A stretch of 44,236 bases of DNA, taken from Pseudomonadota bacterium. GTDB taxonomy: Bacteria > Bdellovibrionota > FAC87 > UBA2466. Positions 26,516-35,314 of the stretch are shown here, one piece after another; within the stretch, counting starts at the first letter, position 1, and the number at the start of each line of letters is the position of its first letter. The notes under the pieces are model-generated. The model was given only the letters and a program-made list of their open reading frames with translations, had not been told where the DNA came from and did not search any database. The position numbers and the translations under genes are program-made. The DNA lies in contig JAYSWN010000002.1 in assembly GCA_043718025.1 (NCBI GenBank), positions 1-44,236 of the forward strand. The letters are read 5' to 3'.

Positions 26516-27241
26516 ATGAAGTTATTTTTGGTGAGTGGGTTATTGGGTTTATTGGTTTCGTTTCCAGTTTTGGCGGAAACGTTTGTAAAGGAAGTTCCGG
26601 TTAAGATCACCAAGGTCTTTGCCCCCGAGGGGTACGATACCGATGACGGTGTTGAAATTATGGCGGTCGCAAAGCTGCCGTCGAGTTGCTTTAAGCTGGG
26701 CGCCGTGGTCACCCAAGTAAAGCCCACTCAAGAGGTTTGGATCTCGGTTAAGGCAAACGAGTTCACGGGTAAGTGCCACACCAGCCCGACGCCGGTGCCA
26801 TTGGTGATCTCGTTGGGGCGGCTGGCGCACGAAGGGGTGTACCGAATCATGGACGCTTCTTCTCGCGATGAATTGGCAAAGTTTCGGGTGAAGCTGGCTC
26901 CTAAGTCGGGGCACGGCACCGATGAAGAGCTTTACCCGTCGTTGGTCGATGCCTATCTGACGTGGGGAGGCGATTCGGTTAAATTGGTTCTCACCGGAGT
27001 TTTTGCCGATGATTGCCAAGAGATAAAGAAGGTTGTTTTTTCGACCTCGGAAGACGTGCTGGTGGCGCTACCCGAAGTCGATCACCCCGAAGATCCAAAG
27101 TGCGTAAAGGGAACTTTTCCCTTTCTAAAAGAATTCGACGTTAAAGCAGAAGTTCCGCGCAAGGCCTTTCTGCTTCACGTGCGATCGATGCACGGACGTT
27201 CCATTAACAAGCTGGTGTTTCCGCCAGAAACGTTGAAGTAG
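26516..27241 (+). CDS. Secreted two-domain hypothetical protein
   Basis: SD AAGGAG; signal peptide ending VLA; two similar beta-rich halves, each with a Cys pair (LPSSC...GKC and FADDC...PKC). Confidence 0.75.
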   Translation: MKLFLVSGLLGLLVSFPVLAETFVKEVPVKITKVFAPEGYDTDDGVEIMAVAKLPSSCFKLGAVVTQVKPTQEVWISVKANEFTGKCHTSPTPVPLVISLGRLAHEGVYRIMDASSRDELAKFRVKLAPKSGHGTDEELYPSLVDAYLTWGGDSVKLVLTGVFADDCQEIKKVVFSTSEDVLVALPEVDHPEDPKCVKGTFPFLKEFDVKAEVPRKAFLLHVRSMHGRSINKLVFPPETLK

Positions 27242-27311
27242 GATTGTCGTAAAAAGTTGTATATTCTACTGGCGCCGCAAGTTGTTGCGGTGCCTTTTTT
27301 TTCGGAAAATC

Positions 27312-28085
27312 ATGAACGCCAAATTCAAAGTTTCTATTGTGGCTGCCGTTCTCATTGGCACGGGGGCGGTCTTCTTCGTGAAATGGCGAGAACGCTCACA
27401 AAGCAAGTTGGTCGCTCTGGTGCGGGGGCCTATACACGAATCCGTTTACGGGCTGGGCACCGTAGTCTCCAAAAACGTTTACCGGTTGATCGTCGGGGTG
27501 AGCGTTATCGTACGACAGAGTTTTGTTAGCGAAGGCGATGTGGTCGATAAGGGGACGCCCTTGGTCCGCTTAGAAGGTGGAGTCACCCTTGCCCCGTTTC
27601 GGGGCACCATCACCTCGCTTCCCTTTAAGGTGGGGGAGTTAGCCACGCCGCAAACGCCGGTGCTGACGCTTACCGACTTAGATACGCTTTACCTTGAAGT
27701 TTCTTTAGAGCAACAAGGCGCCTTGCGGATTAAAAAGGGACAAAAGGCTTTCTTAAGTTTCGAGTCCATGCGTAACCAAAAGCAAGCTGGCGTGGTAAAG
27801 GCTATTTTTCCGAAGGACGGCCAATTTTTGATCCACATTTCCGCCGATAAGTTTCCTACTGGCGTGCTGCCGGGCATGACCGCCGACGTGGCCATTGAGG
27901 TGGGCAGTAAAGAAGACGCGCTGGTGGTTCCCGTATCCAGTATTTCGGCGGGAAAAATTTTGGTCGATCGCCAAGGCAAGAGGCTAAGAATTGCGGTGAA
28001 AGTGGGGGTGGTGGATGCGGAGCAGGCTGAGATCAGCAGCGATGAAATTCAGCCCGACGACAGAGTTGTCGTGAAAGTAAATTAG
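27312..28085 (+). CDS. Periplasmic adaptor (MFP/HlyD family, MacA-like) lacking the alpha-hairpin
   Basis: N-terminal TM, VSEGDVVDKGTPLVRL then APFRGTI lipoyl halves, LPGMTADV and DALVVPVSSI. Confidence 0.85.
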   Translation: MNAKFKVSIVAAVLIGTGAVFFVKWRERSQSKLVALVRGPIHESVYGLGTVVSKNVYRLIVGVSVIVRQSFVSEGDVVDKGTPLVRLEGGVTLAPFRGTITSLPFKVGELATPQTPVLTLTDLDTLYLEVSLEQQGALRIKKGQKAFLSFESMRNQKQAGVVKAIFPKDGQFLIHISADKFPTGVLPGMTADVAIEVGSKEDALVVPVSSISAGKILVDRQGKRLRIAVKVGVVDAEQAEISSDEIQPDDRVVVKVN

Positions 28086-28086
28086 C

Positions 28087-29337
28087 ATGCTGTTCTTAGC
28101 CGTAAGGCACCTCACCAGTCGAAAAAAACAGACCGTACTCATGTTGATGGGCGTTACGCTGGGGGCGGTGGGGTACGTCACCATCTCGGGCATCATGTTG
28201 GGGTTTCAAACCTTTATTGTGGATCAGCTAATCAACAATGATTCGCACGTCAGAATTTCGGCCCGTGAAGAGTACATAACCAGCCGTTCTTTAGACTCCG
28301 AGTTTTTTGATGGAGCCGCCCACGTTTTTTGGGTGTCGCCCCCCTCGGGGCGACGTGACAACGCCTATATTTTAAATCCGCAGGGGTGGTTTGACCTTCT
28401 CGATCGCGACACCCGGGTGTTGAGTTATAGCCCCCAGTTCGTGGCGCAGGCCTTGGCCAGCCGCTCAAAGGTTTCGGTAAGCGCCCGCTTAGTTGGCTCC
28501 GAGCCAATGCGCCAGTTGCAAGTGACAAACATTAATTCGTATATGACCGAGGGGCAGTTTCGCGACATTGGGTCAACCGGCAATCGCATCGTGGCCGGCG
28601 ATGGTCTTTTAAAAAAATTGGGGGCCCGGGTTTCCGAAACCATCACCCTTAGCGTGGGCAAAGGCACGCCCGTGCCCTTTCGGGTCGTCGGCGCGTTTCA
28701 CCTTGGCGTCAAATCGCTCGATGAGTCCACGGTGTTTGCCGCGTTAAACGACGTACAAAAAATTAATCGCACCCCCAGCCAGATCTCAGATATCGCGGTT
28801 AGGCTAACCGATGTGCGCGAAGCGCAGCCCTCGGCCGTAGACTGGGGTGCCATCAGCGCGGATAAAGTGCAAAGTTGGGAGCAGGCCAACGAAGGCACCA
28901 TGTCGGTGTTTAAAACCCAAGACATCGTTCGCTACTCCATGGTGATCGCCATTTTAGCGGTGGCCGGGTTTGGTATCTACAACATGTTGAATATGGCCAT
29001 AAACAATAAGCGACGCGAAATCGCTATTTTGCGATCGGTGGGTTATGAGCCAAAAGATGTGCTGCTTCTGTTTTTGGTGCAGGGGATTATCCTCGGCGTT
29101 ACCGGCGGCGCCATAGGTTCTGCCTTGGGGTTTGTGGTTTGTAAGATTGTGTCGACGATTCCCGTGTCTTCGCAGCGGGGCTTGGGCGGTAGTACGATGC
29201 TGGTTTCGTTTAATCTATTTATCTACCTTCGTGCCTTTGTACTCGCATTGCTTGCCGCTACCGTGGCAAGTCTTATTCCGGCTCGCAGTGCCGGAAAAAT
29301 GACCCCCATCGATATCATTCGTTCCGAGGCCAATTGA
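28087..29337 (+). CDS. ABC transporter permease, MacB/LolCE (FtsX-like) family
   Basis: TM1, a large periplasmic domain, KRREIAILRSVG, and IPARSAGKMTPIDII. Confidence 0.9.
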   Translation: MLFLAVRHLTSRKKQTVLMLMGVTLGAVGYVTISGIMLGFQTFIVDQLINNDSHVRISAREEYITSRSLDSEFFDGAAHVFWVSPPSGRRDNAYILNPQGWFDLLDRDTRVLSYSPQFVAQALASRSKVSVSARLVGSEPMRQLQVTNINSYMTEGQFRDIGSTGNRIVAGDGLLKKLGARVSETITLSVGKGTPVPFRVVGAFHLGVKSLDESTVFAALNDVQKINRTPSQISDIAVRLTDVREAQPSAVDWGAISADKVQSWEQANEGTMSVFKTQDIVRYSMVIAILAVAGFGIYNMLNMAINNKRREIAILRSVGYEPKDVLLLFLVQGIILGVTGGAIGSALGFVVCKIVSTIPVSSQRGLGGSTMLVSFNLFIYLRAFVLALLAATVASLIPARSAGKMTPIDIIRSEAN

Positions 29338-29999
29338 TGGCCATTCGATTACAAAAAATCGTTAAGAGTTTTCCGGGCGCCCAGGTGCCAATTTTAAAAT
29401 CGATTGATCTGGAGATAGCCGAGGCCGAATTTGTATCGTTAACCGGCCGCTCGGGATCAGGCAAAAGCACTCTACTCTACGTTATCAGCTCTTTAGATTC
29501 TCCGACCAGCGGTAGCGTGCAATTAGATGGGCAGAACCTCGCGACCCTCGACTCAAAAAGCCTACATCGGCTGCGCAATCAAAAAATTGGTTTTGTTTTC
29601 CAGTTCCATTACTTACTTCCGGAACTCACCGCCTTAGAAAACATTTTGATTCCGGCCCGCAAGGCCAAACGCGAACTTGAATTGAAAGCGCGGGCGCTTG
29701 AATTACTTTCGGAGTTTGGCATTTCTGACAAAGAGAGTCGATTTCCTAATCAGCTCTCGGGTGGTGAACAACAGCGAGTGGCCATCGCCCGGGCGCTGAT
29801 CATGAGCCCCCGCTACCTATTTGCGGACGAACCCACCGGCAATTTAGACTCAGCCAGTGGGGATAAGGTGATGCAAATATTTCAACGCATCAATCGGCAG
29901 CTGGGCACCACAATATTGTACGTGACCCACGATGCCGATTATGCGGCGTTAGCCAAACGACAGGTGCATCTGGTAGACGGGCAATTGGCGGCTAAGTAG
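29337..29999 (+). CDS. ABC transporter ATP-binding protein (LolD/MacB-type)
   Basis: GRSGSGKST, GFVFQFHYLL, LSGGEQQRVAIARAL, ADEPTGNLD and VTHD. TGATG overlap with the permease. Confidence 0.93.
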   Translation: MAIRLQKIVKSFPGAQVPILKSIDLEIAEAEFVSLTGRSGSGKSTLLYVISSLDSPTSGSVQLDGQNLATLDSKSLHRLRNQKIGFVFQFHYLLPELTALENILIPARKAKRELELKARALELLSEFGISDKESRFPNQLSGGEQQRVAIARALIMSPRYLFADEPTGNLDSASGDKVMQIFQRINRQLGTTILYVTHDADYAALAKRQVHLVDGQLAAK

Positions 30000-30061
30000 T
30001 CCTAGATAAAGTTGACCGATCACTAGACAGACGGTGATTGGGTTTCTAGAGTAGGCGAACT

Positions 30062-30541
30062 ATGGATATTCATGGCCTTGACGGCGTTCTAAGATCTCAC
30101 CCATTCTTTAAAGACCTGCCCGAAGCTTTTTTAAATACGGTGGTTGGATGTGCCAAGAATACCCGCCATAAAGCCGGTGAATTCCTCTTTAGGGAAAAAC
30201 AGGCCGCCAACGAATTTTTTTTAATTCGCGAAGGGCAGCTCGCTATTGAAATCAACTCACCAAAGTTTGGTCCGATTCCCATCCAAACGGTTGGCGCCGG
30301 GGAGGTGGTGGGCTGGTCTTGGCTTTTTCCACCGTACGAATGGCACTTCGATGCCCGGGTTCAAGAGACCATAAGGGCCATATCGATTGATGGCAGCTGC
30401 CTTAGGGCAAAGCTGGAGAAGGACCCCGCGCTTGGCTACGACCTGATGAAACGGTTTACCGCCAACATGATTAAAAACCTGCATTCCGCCCGGCTGCAGT
30501 TGTTGGATGCGATCGAAGAGTCGAAAGAACGGCATGGATAA
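30062..30541 (+). CDS. Stand-alone cyclic-nucleotide-binding domain protein (Crp-like, no HTH), hydrogenase-associated
   Basis: HPFF, AGEFLFRE, FFLIREG and GEVVGWSWLFPPYEWHFDAR. At 159 aa it ends before any HTH domain. Confidence 0.85.
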   Translation: MDIHGLDGVLRSHPFFKDLPEAFLNTVVGCAKNTRHKAGEFLFREKQAANEFFLIREGQLAIEINSPKFGPIPIQTVGAGEVVGWSWLFPPYEWHFDARVQETIRAISIDGSCLRAKLEKDPALGYDLMKRFTANMIKNLHSARLQLLDAIEESKERHG

Positions 30542-31685
30542 ATTGGCGGAGAGAGTTGAATTATTTCGCGCCAACTTTGGTCGCCTCTTTGCCGTGCTTC
30601 AGGATCGTGGTTACACCATTGTCGGACCGGCCTTGCACGAAGGCGCGATCATCTATTCTGAATTGAACGGGCCGGAAGATCTCCCTGTCGGTTGGACGGA
30701 TGTTCAAGAACCTGGAAAGTACCGTTTAGAGCGTCGCAACGATGCTGCCCTGTTTGGGTACAACGTAGGGCCCCACTCTTGGAAAAAATACCTGTTTCCT
30801 CCTGAACGGCGCCTGTGGCAGGCCGATCGCCAGGGTAAAACGATTAAGGTGACGTCGGAACCGTTGCCGAAAACAAAATACGCCTTTCTTGGCGTGCGAG
30901 CTTGCGAACTGCACGCGTTGGCGATTCAAGACAAAGTGTTTCTTGGAAAAGAATTTGTTGACCCCTATTACAAAACGATTCGCGAGCAGTGCCTGATTGT
31001 GGCCGTAAATTGTGGGCAAAGTGGTGGCACCTGTTTCTGCACCTCGATGAACACCGGGCCGCGCGCGGTCGAGGGGTACGACATGGTACTGACCGAGGTG
31101 GTCGCCGACTCGTCGCACAGCTTTCTTATTGATGCCGGTTCAGAGAAGGGAAGCTTGGTCGTTAAGGCCTTAAAGGCGCCCAAAGCGGCCGCCGATTCTG
31201 AAAATGTGATTCAGCAGATAACCGATAAAGCGGTACGGGGAATGAAAAAATCACTGCAGAACGATGGCATCAAAGAGGTGCTTTACGCCAACCTCACCAA
31301 CCCTCGCTGGGATGAGGTGGCAAAAAAGTGTCTCTCCTGCGCCAATTGCACCATGGCCTGTCCCACCTGTTTCTGTAGCACCGTAGAAGAGACCAGCGAT
31401 TTAACCGGTGAACACGCTGAGCGCTGGAAAAAATGGGATTCTTGTTTCACTTCCGATTTTTCTTACCTTCACGGCGGGTCGGTTCGTGGCACGACCATGT
31501 CGCGTTACCGCCAGTGGATGACGCATAAATTGGCCTCGTGGCAGGACCAGTTCGATACTTCCGGTTGCGTGGGTTGTGGCCGCTGCCTCACCTGGTGTCC
31601 GGTGGGCATTGATCTCACCGAGGAGGCAAATTTTATTCGCGCCAATCCGGTGGCGTCGGGAGGAGCCGATGGCACGCTTGGTTGA
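30534..31685 (+). CDS. hyhB: Group 3b [NiFe]-hydrogenase (sulfhydrogenase) beta subunit, 4Fe-4S dicluster
   Basis: [41 protein letters not shown] and [17 protein letters not shown]. Confidence 0.88.
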   Translation: MDKLAERVELFRANFGRLFAVLQDRGYTIVGPALHEGAIIYSELNGPEDLPVGWTDVQEPGKYRLERRNDAALFGYNVGPHSWKKYLFPPERRLWQADRQGKTIKVTSEPLPKTKYAFLGVRACELHALAIQDKVFLGKEFVDPYYKTIREQCLIVAVNCGQSGGTCFCTSMNTGPRAVEGYDMVLTEVVADSSHSFLIDAGSEKGSLVVKALKAPKAAADSENVIQQITDKAVRGMKKSLQNDGIKEVLYANLTNPRWDEVAKKCLSCANCTMACPTCFCSTVEETSDLTGEHAERWKKWDSCFTSDFSYLHGGSVRGTTMSRYRQWMTHKLASWQDQFDTSGCVGCGRCLTWCPVGIDLTEEANFIRANPVASGGADGTLG

Positions 31686-32502
31686 AGCGATGGAGCCGCA
31701 GTTTTGCCGCGTCCTAAAGCGCACCCAAGAGTCCGAAGATGTTTTTACTCTGGTCTTAGCGCCCCCGTCTCCAAAGGCGAAAGTTAAGTTCGCCCCAGGC
31801 CAGTTCAACATGCTGTACTCGTTCGGGGTGGGGGAAGTGGCCATTTCAATCAGTGGCGACAACGCCAAATCAAATCATTGGGTGCACACGATCCGGTCCG
31901 TGGGGGCCACCACCGAAGCCATTTCAAACCTAAAGGTTGGTGATCTTCTCGGAGTTCGGGGTCCCTACGGAACTGCCTGGCCCATTGCCGAGGCCGAAGG
32001 GCAAGACGTTATCCTCGTGGCCGGCGGGTTGGGGCTGGCGCCATTGCGTCCGGTGCTTTACCACGTGATCAACCATCGTCAGCGGTACGGCCAAGTCACC
32101 TTGCTTTACGGAGCGCGGAGCTACCGCGATTTACTCTTTCAAAAAGAGACCGCCGCCTGGAAAAAAGCAGGTGTCGAAATTTTTATCTCCCTCGGCCAGG
32201 CCGATCGAAAATGGAAAGGGGCGGTGGGCCACGTTATTTCCGAGATCGATCGTTTGCCGATTATTGCCGACAAGACGTCCGCGTTTCTATGCGGACCCGA
32301 AGTGATGATGCGCTTCGGCGCCGTAGGGTTGGAAAAAAGAGGGGTGACCGGAGATAAGATTTTCGTCTCGATGGAGCGAAACATGAAATGTGCGATCGGT
32401 TTCTGTGGCCATTGCCAACTCGGTCCCACCTTCATTTGTAAAGATGGGCCCGTCTACCCCTATCGTAAGATCGAACCTTTGATGCGGGTGCGTGAGTTAT
32501 GA
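31669..32502 (+). CDS. hyhG: Group 3b hydrogenase gamma subunit (FAD/NAD(P)-binding, 2Fe-2S)
   Basis: [37 protein letters not shown] and [17 protein letters not shown]...CKDGPV. SD GGAGGAG before ATG 31669. Confidence 0.9.
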   Translation: MARLVEAMEPQFCRVLKRTQESEDVFTLVLAPPSPKAKVKFAPGQFNMLYSFGVGEVAISISGDNAKSNHWVHTIRSVGATTEAISNLKVGDLLGVRGPYGTAWPIAEAEGQDVILVAGGLGLAPLRPVLYHVINHRQRYGQVTLLYGARSYRDLLFQKETAAWKKAGVEIFISLGQADRKWKGAVGHVISEIDRLPIIADKTSAFLCGPEVMMRFGAVGLEKRGVTGDKIFVSMERNMKCAIGFCGHCQLGPTFICKDGPVYPYRKIEPLMRVREL

Positions 32503-33299
32503 AAAAACGCCTCGTAAAGAATAATAAAAAGCCAAAGTTGGCGGTATGGAAATTTGCTTCGTGCGATGGCTGCCAGCTGACCCTGCTTGATTGCGAAGAT
32601 CATATTCTGGAAGTGGCCGATGAGATTGAGATCGCCAATTTTCCAGAAGCCTCGCGCGCCTTCGTTAAGGGACCCTACGATTTGTCGCTGGTCGAAGGGT
32701 CGATTACCACGCCGCACGACAAAGAGCGAATTCACGAAATCCGCAAGCAGTCCAAGTTCTTGGTGACGATCGGTGCTTGCGCCACCGCGGGCGGAATTCA
32801 AGCGTTGCGCAATTTCAAAGACGTCAAGGAGTTCACCTCCATCGTTTACGCTAAGCCGGAGTACATCAGCACGCTCGCCACTTCGACCGCGATTAGCGAT
32901 CACATCAAAGTTGATTTTGAATTGCGCGGCTGTCCGGTAGATAAAAAACAGTTGATCGAAGTGATTACGGCTTTTTTATGGCGGCGAAAACCGCAGGTTT
33001 CCGCCCAGAGTGTTTGCGTTGAATGCAAACGAAAGGGCAATGTCTGCGTGATGGTGGCGCACGGCACCCCTTGTTTGGGCCCCATTACCCATGCCGGTTG
33101 CGATGCGCTTTGCCCCAGTTATAACCGTGGCTGTTTTGCTTGCTTCGGTCCTAAGGAGAACAGCAATCCCGACGGGCTTAGCAACTATCTGCTGAATGAA
33201 TTTCGCATTCCCACGCCGGCCGTAGTGCGGGCGTTAAGAACCTTTAATTGCTGGGCCGAGCCTTTTCGAAAAACCGGCGATGAGTTGGAAAAAAAATGA
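32499..33299 (+). CDS. hyhS: Group 3b hydrogenase small (delta) subunit
   Basis: [38 protein letters not shown] and CFACFGP. No Tat signal. Confidence 0.9.
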   Translation: MKKRLVKNNKKPKLAVWKFASCDGCQLTLLDCEDHILEVADEIEIANFPEASRAFVKGPYDLSLVEGSITTPHDKERIHEIRKQSKFLVTIGACATAGGIQALRNFKDVKEFTSIVYAKPEYISTLATSTAISDHIKVDFELRGCPVDKKQLIEVITAFLWRRKPQVSAQSVCVECKRKGNVCVMVAHGTPCLGPITHAGCDALCPSYNRGCFACFGPKENSNPDGLSNYLLNEFRIPTPAVVRALRTFNCWAEPFRKTGDELEKK

Positions 33300-34594
33300 C
33301 CACCAAGATCATTGAGGTCAAATATTTGGCGCGGGTGGAGGGCGAGGGGGCGCTAAAGATCCGCATCGAAAACAAAGTGATCAAGGAGTTGGAGCTAAAA
33401 ATATTTGAACCCCCTCGGTTCTTTGAGGCTTTTTTAAGGGGGCGAGATTTTTTGGAGGCCCCCGACATCACCTCTCGCATTTGTGGAATTTGCCCGGTGG
33501 CCTACCAGACCAGCGCGGTCAGCGCGATGGAAGATGCCTGCGGCTTTTCGGTTACTGAATCGACGCGGGTGTTGCGCCGCCTTCTTTACTTAGGGGAGTG
33601 GATTGAGAGCCACACTCTTCATATGTATATGCTGCACGCGCCAGATTTTTTGGGCTACGAGAGCGGCATTCACATGGCTAAGGATTTTCCTACCGAGGTA
33701 AAACAGGGCCTTGAATTAAAAAAAATCGGCAACGAGCTGATGTCGTTGGTCGGGGGCCGCGAAATTCATCCCATCAATATGAAAGTGGGTGGTTTTTATC
33801 GCTTTCCCAGAAAACGGGAGCTCACTGATTTTTTGCCGAGGTTAGAGCGCGCCCAAGCCTTGGCGGTAAAAACGATTCGGTTGGTGGCGACCTTTCCGTT
33901 TCCTGATTTTTCAAGAGATTACGAATTTGTGGCGTTGCGATCCAATCGGCCGGAGTACCCGGTAGAAGGGGGCCGCATTCACTCCAATCGTGGTCTGGAC
34001 ATTGACGTTAGCGAATATGAAAAGCATTTCGAAGAGATTCACGTAGCTCATTCTACCGCCTTGCACTCCGTACATAAAGGGTTTGGCTCTTATCACGTGG
34101 GGCCATTGGCGCGCCTAGCGCTCAACTATGACCGCCTGTCGCCGCTGGCCCTAAAAGAGGCGGAAAAAGTTGGCTGGGATCCTGAAAACCAAAATCCGTT
34201 TCGTAGTATCGTGGCCCGGGCGATTGAAGTGCTTTACGCCTGTGAAGAGGGCATCCGCCTTATTGGCGCCTACCTTGAGCCTACCGCCGAAGCGGTGGCG
34301 GCTAAGGTGCTGCCTCGCGCCAGCATCGGCATGGGCATTTCCGAAGCGCCGAGGGGCATTCTTTATCACCGCTACGAACTCAATGACGACGGCACGATCG
34401 CCGACGCTAAGATTGTTCCGCCCACTTCCCAAAACCAGAGTTGCATCGAAAAAGATCTATACGAATTGGTGACCACGCGCATGGCGTGGGGAAAACAGAA
34501 ACTCACCCACCTCTGTGAACAGGCGATTCGAAATTACGACCCCTGTATTTCGTGCTCAACCCACTTTCTTAAAGTGACGTGGGACGAAACATGA
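33296..34594 (+). CDS. hyhL: Group 3b [NiFe]-hydrogenase large (alpha) subunit
   Basis: ARVEGEG, L1 motif [21 protein letters not shown] and L2 motif DPCISCSTH with a 9-aa cleavable tail. Confidence 0.95.
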   Translation: MTTKIIEVKYLARVEGEGALKIRIENKVIKELELKIFEPPRFFEAFLRGRDFLEAPDITSRICGICPVAYQTSAVSAMEDACGFSVTESTRVLRRLLYLGEWIESHTLHMYMLHAPDFLGYESGIHMAKDFPTEVKQGLELKKIGNELMSLVGGREIHPINMKVGGFYRFPRKRELTDFLPRLERAQALAVKTIRLVATFPFPDFSRDYEFVALRSNRPEYPVEGGRIHSNRGLDIDVSEYEKHFEEIHVAHSTALHSVHKGFGSYHVGPLARLALNYDRLSPLALKEAEKVGWDPENQNPFRSIVARAIEVLYACEEGIRLIGAYLEPTAEAVAAKVLPRASIGMGISEAPRGILYHRYELNDDGTIADAKIVPPTSQNQSCIEKDLYELVTTRMAWGKQKLTHLCEQAIRNYDPCISCSTHFLKVTWDET

Positions 34595-35058
34595 CGAGCG
34601 CTCCCTTGATCATTGGCATTGGTAACCCGCTGCGAAGTGATGACGGAATCGGCTTGGCGATTGCCGGTGCTTTGAAAGAAACCTCGCTGCCCCCCTGCCG
34701 CATTGAGACCTGCCGGGGCGATAACTTGGATCTGGTCGCCCAGTGGAAAGGCTGCGCTAGGGTCATACTTATCGACGCCATGAGTACGCCAAGCGTCCCC
34801 TTGGGCAGCGTAAAAGTGTTTTTGGCTCACGACCAACCGCTACCCGCGGGTTTCGAAAAGAGCTCAACCCACGGCTTGGGGCCGCACGAGGCAATCGAAC
34901 TGGCGCGAGCGTTTGGCGATCTTCCCGCCTACCTCGCGGTGGTTGCCGTCAACGCTGAGAAGTTTGAAATGGGTGAGACTCTTACCGAAGCGGTTGCTCA
35001 GGCAATTCCTGAGGCCCTTAGAATTATAAAAACATTGCTTGGAGGTACCGATGCATGA
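34591..35058 (+). CDS. Hydrogenase maturation endopeptidase
   Basis: IIGIGNPLRSDDGIG, LIDA and SSTHGLG. ATGA overlap with the large subunit. Confidence 0.92.
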   Translation: MTSAPLIIGIGNPLRSDDGIGLAIAGALKETSLPPCRIETCRGDNLDLVAQWKGCARVILIDAMSTPSVPLGSVKVFLAHDQPLPAGFEKSSTHGLGPHEAIELARAFGDLPAYLAVVAVNAEKFEMGETLTEAVAQAIPEALRIIKTLLGGTDA

Positions 35059-35314
35059 AGCCCACCTGATTACTGATCTGATAAAAAAAGTGGAAGCCGT
35101 CGCCAAAGAACATTCGGCCAAAAAAGTGACGCGAATCAAAATAAAGTTAGGTGCGCTTTCGCACTTCACGCCGATTCACTTTCAAGAGCATTTTGATCTG
35201 GCTTCACCAGGTAGCCTGGCGGCCGGCGCCATTCTCGATATGACTTTGGCTACCGACATGGAAGATCCGGAAGCGCAAAACGTGTTACTCGAAAGTGTCG
35301 AGGTCGATAGCTAA
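35051..35314 (+). CDS. hypA: Short HypA-like nickel metallochaperone without the zinc-finger domain
   Basis: MHE N-terminus, KVTRIKIKLGALS and C-terminal LESVEV; 87 aa with no Cys; SD GGAGG. Confidence 0.8.
   Translation: MHEAHLITDLIKKVEAVAKEHSAKKVTRIKIKLGALSHFTPIHFQEHFDLASPGSLAAGAILDMTLATDMEDPEAQNVLLESVEVDS

Noticed and set aside
28087..29999. Housekeeping lolCDE
   Set aside because: An adaptor (MFP) gene directly precedes the permease, which fits a MacAB-type system, so no lol symbols were assigned.
30012..30023. FNR/CRP box upstream of the hydrogenase cluster (TTGACCGATCAC)
   Set aside because: The half-site spacing is 2 nt rather than the 4 nt of TTGAT-N4-ATCAA.
33296..34594. [NiFeSe] hydrogenase or recoding
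   Set aside because: The L2 motif is DPCISC with ordinary Cys codons and there is no in-frame TGA.
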